From: an uncultured virus (IMG/VR IMGVR_UViG_3300021400_003815)
Lineage: Duplodnaviria > Heunggongvirae > Uroviricota > Caudoviricetes
IMG/VR virus record: IMGVR_UViG_3300021400_003815
Reading direction: 5' to 3' (one strand)
DNA length: 64,000 bases
Under the pieces are notes generated by a model. That model worked only from the letters and a program-made list of their open reading frames with translations. It searched no databases and was not told the DNA's origin. Below are positions 18,281-27,680 of the stretch, piece after piece. Every line of letters starts with the position of its first letter. Positions within the stretch are counted from its first letter, which is position 1. The position numbers and the translations under genes were made by a program.

Positions 18281-19321
18281 TCACTGACCTATACTTACTA
18301 AAGACCCATTTATCTTCATTGATGTCAACAAACTATTTATAATTTCTTTACTTGAATTAGCTGTATCATCATCTTTATAGATGAACTTATAAAGAATTGC
18401 TTTGTCTCCCTGCATTATAACTCCTATTCTCAAAATACTATTTGTCTCTTTAGTAGTCGTTGAAGGAAGTTTAACTTCAATATTCTGCTCACCTACATCA
18501 CTTGCATGTGCAGATGTTTCAGGTAATGACACTGGAATAGTCTCACCAGCTTCATTTGTCTGAGCCTCTGTACTCTCCATAGTCTCTAAGTATTCCTGTA
18601 TTCTAGCTGCTTCACTCTCCTGTACAGCTTTATCTGCCTCAGCTTGTCTTTCTGCTAATTCATCAGCTGTCAGAATTTCTTTTGCTTTAATACTACGTGT
18701 ATCACTATTATCTTCTATTGACTGTAAAAGTACCTTAGACTCTATCTCAACACCAGCCTTGTTCTGACCAACAAACATTGTCTTTCTATCACTTACCTCA
18801 AGTTCATTAGCTGTTACAAAAGGCTCAATAAACTTAGTATAAATAAACTCAGCAGCTGTACTCTCATACACTCTATAGATTTGAATATCCCCAGTAATGT
18901 CATTAGCTGAATTATATAAGTTTGTTTGTGATGTGTTTAGGCTAATATTCCATGCATCACTTGGAGATACAGTGATATTATCTGTCAGACCTATTGTACT
19001 ACTATTTGAAATAGAGTCCACATTACCAAAATCCACTCCATCATCAAGATATACCTTATCATTAAACTTAGTATATACTCTCTTTCCTGTGTCTAACTTA
19101 GTATACCTTGAAAGGTCTACATTATCCTTATACTTCTCATCATATGAAGCCAATGCTAAGTTAAGGGCTTCAATCTTGCTTACATTTTGATTATTTGTGA
19201 CTACTAAATCATTATATAGCTTCTCATAATCTGTTTTCTTCTTACAACCAACCATAGTGGTACTTGCTACTACACAAGCCATACATGTCCACAATGCTAT
19301 TTTACTAATCTTTTTATGCAT
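18281..19321 (-). CDS. Putative lipoprotein
   Basis: Basic N-terminus, hydrophobic stretch, lipobox-like MVGC; GGAGG RBS. Confidence 0.7.
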   Translation of the reverse strand: MHKKISKIALWTCMACVVASTTMVGCKKKTDYEKLYNDLVVTNNQNVSKIEALNLALASYDEKYKDNVDLSRYTKLDTGKRVYTKFNDKVYLDDGVDFGNVDSISNSSTIGLTDNITVSPSDAWNISLNTSQTNLYNSANDITGDIQIYRVYESTAAEFIYTKFIEPFVTANELEVSDRKTMFVGQNKAGVEIESKVLLQSIEDNSDTRSIKAKEILTADELAERQAEADKAVQESEAARIQEYLETMESTEAQTNEAGETIPVSLPETSAHASDVGEQNIEVKLPSTTTKETNSILRIGVIMQGDKAILYKFIYKDDDTANSSKEIINSLLTSMKINGSLVSIGQ

Positions 19322-19593
19322 CTGTTAAAATCCTCCTCTATTTTAATTTAAACACCTTATTAAATTTTATCAATGCTACCAATTTTTATTTAAGATTACT
19401 AATTTTAAAAAATTTTCCTACACTTTACTATCACTTAAAATTCCTCAATTTTAGCTAGTAAATTTTCCCAACTGCCTGTTGCAATGCCCCTACTCTGGAA
19501 CCCCACAGTCCGAAAACCTCAATTTTTTCGAGAAATTTTTAACCTAAGCCCCTACCCATTTTAACCTTACTGCTTATACAATTTTAACCCCAC

Positions 19594-19641
19594 TGTATGT
19601 ATACAATTAACAGTTCCTTCTCTATTCAACTGTATACATAC
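19594..19641 (-). other. Long inverted repeat immediately after the SNF2 gene
   Basis: TGTATGTATACA ... TGTATACATACA, extendable with G-U pairs; no U-tract on the minus strand. Confidence 0.55.
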
Positions 19642-19646
19642 ATTTA

Positions 19647-21293
19647 TTAACTGGCTGACTCTTCTTTATCAAGTTCCATAGCATCTACAAAGTAATCAAT
19701 AGCTGTCTTAGCGTCTATAGTTAATTCTCTTGATGCCTTAGCTCTTTCCTTAACTGTACTTGTAAAGAAGTTATACTCATCAGTTCCAGAATACAAAAGC
19801 AATATAAACGTCTTAATTCTATCATCAACGTTTCTATCAATTCTTCCTCTGATCTGTTCCATAGAAGATACTGTAGTACTCATACTATAGAAGATACATA
19901 CATCACCACCATTAAGATTAAGTGACTTCTTAATGTTTGTTATTATTACATCATATGTACCATTATTAAAGTCATTAATCATCTGAAGTCTATTCTTATC
20001 TTTATCCTTGCTTGTATCTTCACCATTAAGTATACAACATTTTCTTCCAATCTTTTCAAGCTCCTCTTTAATTGCTTTCTGAGCATCAATATGGAAACAG
20101 TATACCATTACTTTACTATCTGCAAACTCATTCTCTACTAGCTGACACAATCTTTCAAGCTTTGGTATATTTTCTCTACAGTTAGTTAAATGTAAATCAG
20201 GTATATTAGCTGGACTATTAAGAACCTCAGCATATCTATAACCTTTACTTAATGCTATCTGCTGGTCTGTTGTAGGTGTAACTTCATAAACCTTGTATAC
20301 ATTAGGTCTATCAAGCCCTACATCTGATTTAGCACGTCCAAAATAAACCAACCTTAGTCTCTGTTTGAATATATCCTGATTCTTATAGGAACTAATCTTC
20401 CAACCTGTATGCCTAACAGCTTTTCTAGCCCCATTCTCATCAGTTTCAGATGTCCAGAAGCTACGAGATTGATGATGACAAAACTCTTTCTCAATTCTCC
20501 ACTTCTTAGGAAGCAGATTCTCATCCATCATATCAATCTGATAAAAGATATCCATAATGCTTGTATCAAATGTAGTAGCGTTCATGAAGTGAACTCTATC
20601 AGCCAAATCGCAAATATGTTTAGTATACTTATAAGTCTTTGTCTTATCATTTTTGATTACAGATGACTCATCTAGTATAAATGTATCATATAAACCACTC
20701 GTTCTATCTTCTCTTGCATATCTAGCTAGCCATCTGAACAATGTGTCTGACTTTAATGCACTATGCTTAATTATAATGCCATGTACATCATTCCAATCAG
20801 TATTATCAATTACTTTTTGCATTGGTTTAGCTTCACTGGGCATTGCAATTATTCTCATACCAGTAAATTTTGTCAATTCATAACATGTCTGCCCTAACGC
20901 TGATGTTTCTACAGCCATTATAAATCTTCTCAGTCTATGAGTCTGATACAAATAGTTCAACACACCTGCTATCTCAGCAGTTTTACCAAGTCCTACACCA
21001 TCAGCTATTATGCTTCTAGGTGACATAAACATGAAAGCTGCACCAACTGTCTGATAATCTCTAAGTTCTCCAATGTATTGTTTATAATCTATATTCTCTT
21101 CTTTAACTATCTTACGAATACTCTTTTCCTCTTCCATTGACCTATTAACTAAATCCAATGGAAAATTAAAAATCATATGTTTCATTTCAGGAATAACAGA
21201 ACTATTCCTGATGTTCATTATCATTTTAGCATGCTCGGGACCAATTGTACCACAGTACATTTCATCCCTTATGATAGGACTTTTTACAGCCAT
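19647..21293 (-). CDS. SNF2-family (SF2) helicase-like protein
   Basis: LRDYQ, ADGVGLGKT, ILDESS, SLNL, QIRGRIDR. Start moved to ATG 21293 (GGAGG 6 nt upstream). Confidence 0.85.
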   Translation of the reverse strand: MAVKSPIIRDEMYCGTIGPEHAKMIMNIRNSSVIPEMKHMIFNFPLDLVNRSMEEEKSIRKIVKEENIDYKQYIGELRDYQTVGAAFMFMSPRSIIADGVGLGKTAEIAGVLNYLYQTHRLRRFIMAVETSALGQTCYELTKFTGMRIIAMPSEAKPMQKVIDNTDWNDVHGIIIKHSALKSDTLFRWLARYAREDRTSGLYDTFILDESSVIKNDKTKTYKYTKHICDLADRVHFMNATTFDTSIMDIFYQIDMMDENLLPKKWRIEKEFCHHQSRSFWTSETDENGARKAVRHTGWKISSYKNQDIFKQRLRLVYFGRAKSDVGLDRPNVYKVYEVTPTTDQQIALSKGYRYAEVLNSPANIPDLHLTNCRENIPKLERLCQLVENEFADSKVMVYCFHIDAQKAIKEELEKIGRKCCILNGEDTSKDKDKNRLQMINDFNNGTYDVIITNIKKSLNLNGGDVCIFYSMSTTVSSMEQIRGRIDRNVDDRIKTFILLLYSGTDEYNFFTSTVKERAKASRELTIDAKTAIDYFVDAMELDKEESAS

Positions 21294-21356
21294 TGCTTCC
21301 TCCAACTCAAAATAAATTAAACTTTAATTTACCTTCTACTATTCCAAAGAATATAA

Positions 21357-21388
21357 AAAATCTACTAGACTTTAATCTAGTAGATTTT
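21357..21388 (-). terminator. Rho-independent terminator closing the membrane/ATPase cluster
   Basis: AAAATCTACTAGA-N6-TCTAGTAGATTTT, T run on the minus strand. Confidence 0.75.
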
Positions 21389-21421
21389 ATTATTTTTTAT
21401 TCAGTTATGCTAGTTATAACA

Positions 21422-23599
21422 TCAATCTGTCTTTGGAGTTATATCAATGTTACCCATCTTATTTACTAATGATTGTAACTCTTCTCCATCAACTTCCTTC
21501 TCTTCAATTACAACTATATCATCAATAACCCAATCAGTACCATAATGACTTACAAGATAGTAATTTTTAGTATAAATACCATCTGATTGTCCATCATATG
21601 TATATAACTCTTCAGTTGTAAGTTCTACTTGGTCATTATAACCACCTAACCACTCAGTTACTTGTCCAACCATCTTACAAGGAGTATTAGCTGTATGCTT
21701 TGTAAGCCTTGTCATTATCTGAGAAGTTAAATAATCAAACTTTGTTTGATTTAATAATTCCTTATCAGAATCAAATCTATCATATATTCCTACACCAATC
21801 TTACCATCAGTTACTACTATCTTTCCATCCTCAACCTTATCATAAAGTTTTCTGTTTGTACTTGCATAATAGAGTTTCTTCAACATATCTTCTATGTCTA
21901 CCTTAGCCTGCTCAGGTACCTCACCAGATAAGTTCAAACTTGTTAATCTTCTCTTTATAGCATCATCTGCATCAGGGTCAGGTATTCTTGTAAGTTCTCT
22001 AGATACTAATACCATATCATTAATCTTAAATTCAGTTCCTATCTGTCTTATAACCATATAGTATTTATCTTTATATCTAGCTGTATTTCCAAATCCCTTA
22101 GGTGACTCTTCAGTAGTTCTCTCAACTTCTACAAGATACTCTCTATCATTATCAGGATTTCTCTGTAATGTCTTAACTCTATGAGACATGTATGTAAGAA
22201 TGTTACTTGAGTTCCTCTTAAGTATTTCTCTTAAACCTAAATCAGAAGACTCATAGATATTTCTACTCATCAGAGCAGCTATATCTCTATTTGAAAATGC
22301 TCTATCTGCTCTCTCAATAGCTTTATCAAGCTCATTATTGATATAACTTGAAACAGTTATATTCTTATCTTCCATCTCAATGCCTGACTCATACTTATTA
22401 ATGTAACAGTAGCTATAATCAAAATCATCTCTTGTATTTTCATTCTGTTTAAATACAAATGTTACTTGTAACTTACCACCAGGATAATTTGCTCTATCAT
22501 AGCCAAAATCTCTTAAACCTGTAGAACCTTCAGCATAAACTCCATATCCTGATATTTCTCCACTTACATCTACAGGATTATATACCATTGTAACATTAGG
22601 AACAACAGCTGTCTGAGAAATTGAAGAACCTGCTACTCTATTAATATAAGAAATATCATAAGGCAATATTCTTAAATTATCTGCATAAAATCCACTTTCA
22701 GGAGCCTCTTCCTCAGCACTTGTTTCTGTACTTGCTTCTGAAGTTTCAGCTTCTGTCTCAGAACCATCATCAAGAGCTACTTGTGTTTCTATAGGAGCTG
22801 TAGTTTCTTCTGTACTTTCTGCTTCTGTTTCAGCAACTGTTTCTGCTACAGTTTCCTCAGCACCTTCACTACTTTCAGGAAGTTCTTCAACATTATCATC
22901 CTTTCCTGTAATTACATTACCCTCAGCATCTGTATCTGGTAATGTCTCTTCAACCTTAGTCTCAGCTTGATAAGCATTATTGAAATTGATTCCAAAGGTA
23001 TCATAAGGAGTTAATCTCTCTGCAACTCTGGCTGCATTTACCTTTTCAAGTATACGTGCTAAATAAACTTCATTTATCTTTACACCATCTGTTCCCTCAA
23101 TTATAACACCATCAAGTCCTAACAGATTAGTTTCATTTTTCATTGTTCCTGTATTATTTAACTTAGTGTCAAAATCAACAGTTACAAAATAGAAACCCTG
23201 ACTTTCAGCCTCTGTATAAGTGAAATTACCACTATCAGGCTTTGTTAAAACCAAATCATCAAGTGTTAATTTTAAATAGTCATGCACTTCATGAGACATC
23301 TCAGCATCATAACCTCTATTCAACTGATGTGTTTCAATAGCTGCAACTGTCTTTTCCCAAAGCTTTTCCTGTAAATTCTCTGGTACTGCATTCCACTTTA
23401 TTGTATCTTTATTCATTATAGCTCGCTTAACTACATTTTTGTAGCTCATCTGCTCTGCATAATAGTCAGATACTTCTTGCTTACTAAGTACATTATCAGT
23501 TGGTATCTGACTATAATCATAATTAGTACCACAAGCTGTAACCAAAGTGGATAAAATTAAACTACTTAAAATCAATCTACTTTTTCTCATATTTTTCAT
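21422..23599 (-). CDS. Putative lipoprotein with acidic linker and repeated NTF2-like-looking domains (possible VirB8/TcpC analogue)
   Basis: Lipobox LVTAC; Glu/Thr/Ala-rich linker; two similar segments YYMVIRQIGTEFKINDMVLV and YYLVSHYGTDWVIDDIVVI. Confidence 0.55.
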   Translation of the reverse strand: MKNMRKSRLILSSLILSTLVTACGTNYDYSQIPTDNVLSKQEVSDYYAEQMSYKNVVKRAIMNKDTIKWNAVPENLQEKLWEKTVAAIETHQLNRGYDAEMSHEVHDYLKLTLDDLVLTKPDSGNFTYTEAESQGFYFVTVDFDTKLNNTGTMKNETNLLGLDGVIIEGTDGVKINEVYLARILEKVNAARVAERLTPYDTFGINFNNAYQAETKVEETLPDTDAEGNVITGKDDNVEELPESSEGAEETVAETVAETEAESTEETTAPIETQVALDDGSETEAETSEASTETSAEEEAPESGFYADNLRILPYDISYINRVAGSSISQTAVVPNVTMVYNPVDVSGEISGYGVYAEGSTGLRDFGYDRANYPGGKLQVTFVFKQNENTRDDFDYSYCYINKYESGIEMEDKNITVSSYINNELDKAIERADRAFSNRDIAALMSRNIYESSDLGLREILKRNSSNILTYMSHRVKTLQRNPDNDREYLVEVERTTEESPKGFGNTARYKDKYYMVIRQIGTEFKINDMVLVSRELTRIPDPDADDAIKRRLTSLNLSGEVPEQAKVDIEDMLKKLYYASTNRKLYDKVEDGKIVVTDGKIGVGIYDRFDSDKELLNQTKFDYLTSQIMTRLTKHTANTPCKMVGQVTEWLGGYNDQVELTTEELYTYDGQSDGIYTKNYYLVSHYGTDWVIDDIVVIEEKEVDGEELQSLVNKMGNIDITPKTD

Positions 23600-23614
23600 T
23601 CACACTCCTAATGC

Positions 23615-25024
23615 TTAAAAATTATATGTTAATGTTTTGTCTGGTAACTTTATAAGATAACTCTTTACAAGTAATCTCTGTATATTATCTGTTCCAAACT
23701 CTTCACATAGTAACTCAGAACTTATTCCGTGCTTTTCTATACCATTACCTAACATAAATCTTTTAACATACTTCATAAGCACTTCACTGCTCATTTCCGA
23801 ATACATTGTTTTATCTATGCTACTCTTCTTAGTTTCTACAGTCTTAACAACTTTTTTATTATTCACTGTAGCTTGTTTAGAAGCCTTTAACTTAACTATC
23901 TTGCCATTTATTATTCTTTCATTAGGAAGTAACTTACGTTTAACTGGTTCTTTACTTACTTCCTTAGAACTTGAATTTCCTTTTGAAGCCTCTTGAGCCT
24001 TTAACCTAGACTCCATTTCTTTTAGCTTAAGCTCTTTTTCTCTTAACTCAAGCTCTTTTTGTTTCATTTCAAGTTCTTTTTCTCTTAAACGAATCTCTAA
24101 TTCTTTATTAGAGAGTTCTAATTTACTTTCCTGTTCTCTTTTAAGTTCTTCCTGTCTTAATCTTTCTTTCTCTTGTTCCTGTCTTATTCTTTCCTGTCTA
24201 TCTCTTTCTTCTTGCTCTCTTCTGAGATTTTCCTGTCTTAATCTTTCAGCCTCTTGCTCTCTTCTGAGATTTTCCTGTCTTAATCTTTCTTTCTCTTGCT
24301 CTTGTCTTAGTCTCTCAGCTTCTTGCTCTTTTCTTATCTGCTCTTGTCTTAGTTTTTCAGCTTCTTGCTCTTTTCTCTTTTGTTCTTCTGCAAGCCTTAA
24401 TCTTTCTTTCTCTTGCTCATCTTCATTAAACCCTATATCATCTTCATCATCATCTGATTCAAATACTATCTCATCTGACTCATCACATTCATCTTCAGAA
24501 TCTTCTTCAAATCCGAAGTCATCTTCATCATCATCTCCAGAGTCAAAATCAAATTCACTTGAATCTTCTTCAGTATCATCTGACTCTACATTATTATCTT
24601 CTGACTCATCACTATCATCAAATTCAATCTCGTCATTACCTTCTGACTCATCTTCATCATCTGATTCAAATCCAATTTCGTCTGAATCATCACTATCGTC
24701 AAATTCAAACTCATCTTCATCATCGTCGCCAGAGTCAAAATCAAATTCTGAACCTTCCTCAGATTCATCTGTATCATTTATCTCAACATCTGTCTCATCA
24801 TCTTTAATCTCAGGTGTATATTCATTTCTTACTTTATTTTCTTCATTCATATTAGCATTAGTAGAAACAGCAAATGCACCATTTAACTCACCTGAGTTAT
24901 TAGATGTATTCTGTTTTTCTTCTTCCTCTTCTAAATTGTTCTCATTTACATAATCTAGCACCTCTTCAACTTCTCCTAAAGATATTCCAAATGCTAAATT
25001 ATTATAATCAGTATACCCAAACAA
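23615..25024 (-). CDS. Low-complexity protein: acidic Phe-punctuated tract, ERLRQE coiled coil, small C-terminal domain
   Basis: TTG start with AGGAG; EFDFDSGDDDED repeats; ERLRQE repeats. Confidence 0.75.
   Translation of the reverse strand: MFGYTDYNNLAFGISLGEVEEVLDYVNENNLEEEEEKQNTSNNSGELNGAFAVSTNANMNEENKVRNEYTPEIKDDETDVEINDTDESEEGSEFDFDSGDDDEDEFEFDDSDDSDEIGFESDDEDESEGNDEIEFDDSDESEDNNVESDDTEEDSSEFDFDSGDDDEDDFGFEEDSEDECDESDEIVFESDDDEDDIGFNEDEQEKERLRLAEEQKRKEQEAEKLRQEQIRKEQEAERLRQEQEKERLRQENLRREQEAERLRQENLRREQEERDRQERIRQEQEKERLRQEELKREQESKLELSNKELEIRLREKELEMKQKELELREKELKLKEMESRLKAQEASKGNSSSKEVSKEPVKRKLLPNERIINGKIVKLKASKQATVNNKKVVKTVETKKSSIDKTMYSEMSSEVLMKYVKRFMLGNGIEKHGISSELLCEEFGTDNIQRLLVKSYLIKLPDKTLTYNF
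24210..24289. repeat. Coding tandem duplication, 38 bp identical at 42-bp period
   Basis: TCTTGCTCTCTTCTGAGATTTTCCTGTCTTAATCTTTC at 24210 and 24252. Confidence 0.85.
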
Positions 25025-25049
25025 AATACATCTCCTAACTCAGTACTTA

Positions 25050-27530
25050 TTAAATGTTATCAAGCTCATTCTTTACTTTAGTAGCATCATACTGAACTTC
25101 ATAACTGGTACCACTATCAATCTCAAGCTCTTTCCTTATGTAATCCTCATCCCTATTGTATCCAATACCTATTGTATACATTTCAGGAATTTCTACTCTC
25201 ATTTTGTAGAATGCCTTTGCTATACTCTTTATGATTACTGTATTTTCCTCATCAGTTAAACCAATACCCATACCTCTTACGAACTGAGCTTTTGAATTTC
25301 CTAATGATAAAGCTATATCACCTTGAGATACAAGGTTTCTATCCCAATTCTTAATATCAAGTGTTTCTCTAACTACACTATTATCACATCTTACAGCTGC
25401 TGAGAAACTTATCAAAGTTCTAGCTGTCTTATTAACAACACCCTGTGACCTATGAGGTACAAATAATATCTTTATACCTTGTGAAGGGAACTGAGTAATT
25501 ATTACATTAAGAGCATCATTTAATTCTGAAGCTCTATCTCTATAGTAATTCATCAATGACATGTACTCATCAATTACTATATACAGTACAGGTAATTGAA
25601 TACCTTTCTCTCTTAATTCCCATATAGTATCGCACTGATTATCAATAAGTAACTTCTTTCTTCTAGGAGCTTCCTTATTAATAATATCATCCAAAACTTC
25701 TAGTGCATCATCAACTTTATGTAAGCCACAGCTATGAGGCATCATTGATAAACACTTAAACAAGTATGTTTCCTTAGGGTCTATATACAAGAACTGAACA
25801 TCAGTAGGTAAGTTAAATACCTGTAATGACATTACTATACTATTTAAGTACCATGACTTACCAGACCTAGGCTTACCAGCTATCAACATTGAGTCATAAC
25901 CTTTAGCATCTATAACTATTGGCTCTCCCTTGTCACTTATACCTGCTATCATAGGTAACTTATGTGACTCATCAAGTATAAACTCTTTTACACTTGGAAC
26001 CTGCATACAATCACCAAGAGTAATTATATCTTTAGGTGTTTTCTTAGAAACTGTAATGTCAAACATCTTTCCATTGACTTCAACATCTACATTTATTTCA
26101 TCTAAATCTCTAGGAGAGTCTACACAGAAATCTCTAAAGAATCCTTTAATTTCCTCAGATAAATTCTTAGCTGTTACTCTAAGTTTATTTATTCTTGAAA
26201 ATACAAACTTATATGCATACATTGATTCAGTGAAAGAGTCTAAGTATGCACCAGCATCCATTTCTTCAAGACTCTTACCAGCTGCAGATGCATAAGAATT
26301 TAGCAACCTTGTCTCTGCATCCTTAAACACTTCTTCATCAGAATCATGCGTAGTTATCTTTGTAAAATCAGGTGTATTAACCTTAAAGAAAGCAGGTGAT
26401 ACAAATAAATCATAAAGTAACTTTCTGTTTATTATTGGTACATCAGCAGGTACAGTATCTAATGGATTAGTAACTGTTTTACCTCTATCCTTTAGCCTTG
26501 CAAAAAAGCTACCATCATAACTATCTGTCTCTGTATCATCAGGACTAAGTGTATCAGCTTCATTACTTGAATTATTTTCCTCTTCACTGTTATCTTGCAA
26601 AGAGTCATCTAGCTCACTAAGTATACTATCAAAATCAAAGGCATCATCACTCTGCTCTTCATCCTCTGTATACTTGCTTACTTCAGGATCCTCATTCATT
26701 CCATCATAAAATCCTTCAGTATCAACTTCATCATCAGTGTATATAGGTCCATTTGCTTCAGCCTCATCAAATGCATCACTTACATTCATAAGCTTTAAAG
26801 CTACACCACTTATTCCAACTAATGATGCTCCAGCAGATGTTAAACCTCCTAAAATTAAATTTAATGGTAATCCACTAAAATGTAGAAAGTCTATACCACC
26901 AAATATACCACATATACCTAAGAAAGTTCCTACACCACCAACACCAAGTGATGTCTTTAATAAGTTACTACTGTATATAGCCCAATCATCATAATTCCTT
27001 ACAGAAAAACTTTTAATTATATCCTTTACTACTTCAAAAGCCCCAGATGCACTATCTGTGGTAGCATCCATAAATTGACCAACTCTATCAGGACCTGCTT
27101 GAGCTTGTCCATTTACCCCTGCTAATCCATTCATTCCACCATTGAAATCATTGAAACCTGTACTTAAACCATTATTTCCAAAAGGATCACCAAATGAATT
27201 AGCACTACCACCTGTAAGACCTATTCCTCCACCATTATTGTTTCCATTACTACCAAATGGGTCTCCAAATGGGTCTCCAAATGGGTCACTGCCAGAATCT
27301 CCAAATCCACTTGAATCTCCAAATCCACTTGAATCTCCAAATCCATCAGAGCTACCACCACCAGAATTGTTTAATCCACCTGAGCTGCTGTCTCCAAATG
27401 GGTCACCAAATGGGTCTCCAAATGAATTATCATCTCCAAAACCAAAATCATCTGACATACTATCATCTCCAAAGCCGCTTTCAAATTGTCCTTTGTTTCT
27501 ATTATTTAAAATTATATCTCTATCACTCAT
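25050..27530 (-). CDS. FtsK/SpoIIIE-family ATPase with two TM segments and an N-terminal DPFG/GFG-repeat tail (candidate TcpA-like coupling protein)
   Basis: MLIAGKPRSGKS, QFLYIDPK, LYIVIDEY, QGDIAL; hydrophobic segments at about aa 195-245. Confidence 0.82.
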   Translation of the reverse strand: MSDRDIILNNRNKGQFESGFGDDSMSDDFGFGDDNSFGDPFGDPFGDSSSGGLNNSGGGSSDGFGDSSGFGDSSGFGDSGSDPFGDPFGDPFGSNGNNNGGGIGLTGGSANSFGDPFGNNGLSTGFNDFNGGMNGLAGVNGQAQAGPDRVGQFMDATTDSASGAFEVVKDIIKSFSVRNYDDWAIYSSNLLKTSLGVGGVGTFLGICGIFGGIDFLHFSGLPLNLILGGLTSAGASLVGISGVALKLMNVSDAFDEAEANGPIYTDDEVDTEGFYDGMNEDPEVSKYTEDEEQSDDAFDFDSILSELDDSLQDNSEEENNSSNEADTLSPDDTETDSYDGSFFARLKDRGKTVTNPLDTVPADVPIINRKLLYDLFVSPAFFKVNTPDFTKITTHDSDEEVFKDAETRLLNSYASAAGKSLEEMDAGAYLDSFTESMYAYKFVFSRINKLRVTAKNLSEEIKGFFRDFCVDSPRDLDEINVDVEVNGKMFDITVSKKTPKDIITLGDCMQVPSVKEFILDESHKLPMIAGISDKGEPIVIDAKGYDSMLIAGKPRSGKSWYLNSIVMSLQVFNLPTDVQFLYIDPKETYLFKCLSMMPHSCGLHKVDDALEVLDDIINKEAPRRKKLLIDNQCDTIWELREKGIQLPVLYIVIDEYMSLMNYYRDRASELNDALNVIITQFPSQGIKILFVPHRSQGVVNKTARTLISFSAAVRCDNSVVRETLDIKNWDRNLVSQGDIALSLGNSKAQFVRGMGIGLTDEENTVIIKSIAKAFYKMRVEIPEMYTIGIGYNRDEDYIRKELEIDSGTSYEVQYDATKVKNELDNI
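27254..27424. repeat. Coding micro-repeats: 12-bp (DPFG) and 18-bp (GFGDSS) tandem units
   Basis: CCAAATGGGTCT x3, GAATCTCCAAATCCACTT x~3, then further CCAAATGGGTC units. Confidence 0.8.
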
Positions 27531-27531
27531 A

Positions 27532-27675
27532 TTAAAAAACCATTGCTAATATCAATCCTACAAGACATAAACCTATAAATAATGATGCTTTACTCATCTT
27601 ATCTTTGTCAAATTCACTTTTGAAAGAAGCTATATAAACTAATATCATCATTACTAATGTAACCAACAGGTACAT
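27532..27675 (-). CDS. Unannotated 47-aa two-helix membrane protein
   Basis: Manual translation MYLLVTLVMMILVYIASFKSEFDKDKMSKASLFIGLCLVGLILAMVF*; AAGGAG 11 nt upstream; fills the gap between the VirB4-like and FtsK-like genes. Confidence 0.7.
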   Translation of the reverse strand: MYLLVTLVMMILVYIASFKSEFDKDKMSKASLFIGLCLVGLILAMVF

Positions 27676-27680
27676 AACAT

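Noticed and set aside
13343..21388. Two terminators sharing CTACTAGA/TCTAGTAG stems as a possible mobile repeat family
   Set aside because: Only two copies with different loops; adequately explained as ordinary terminators
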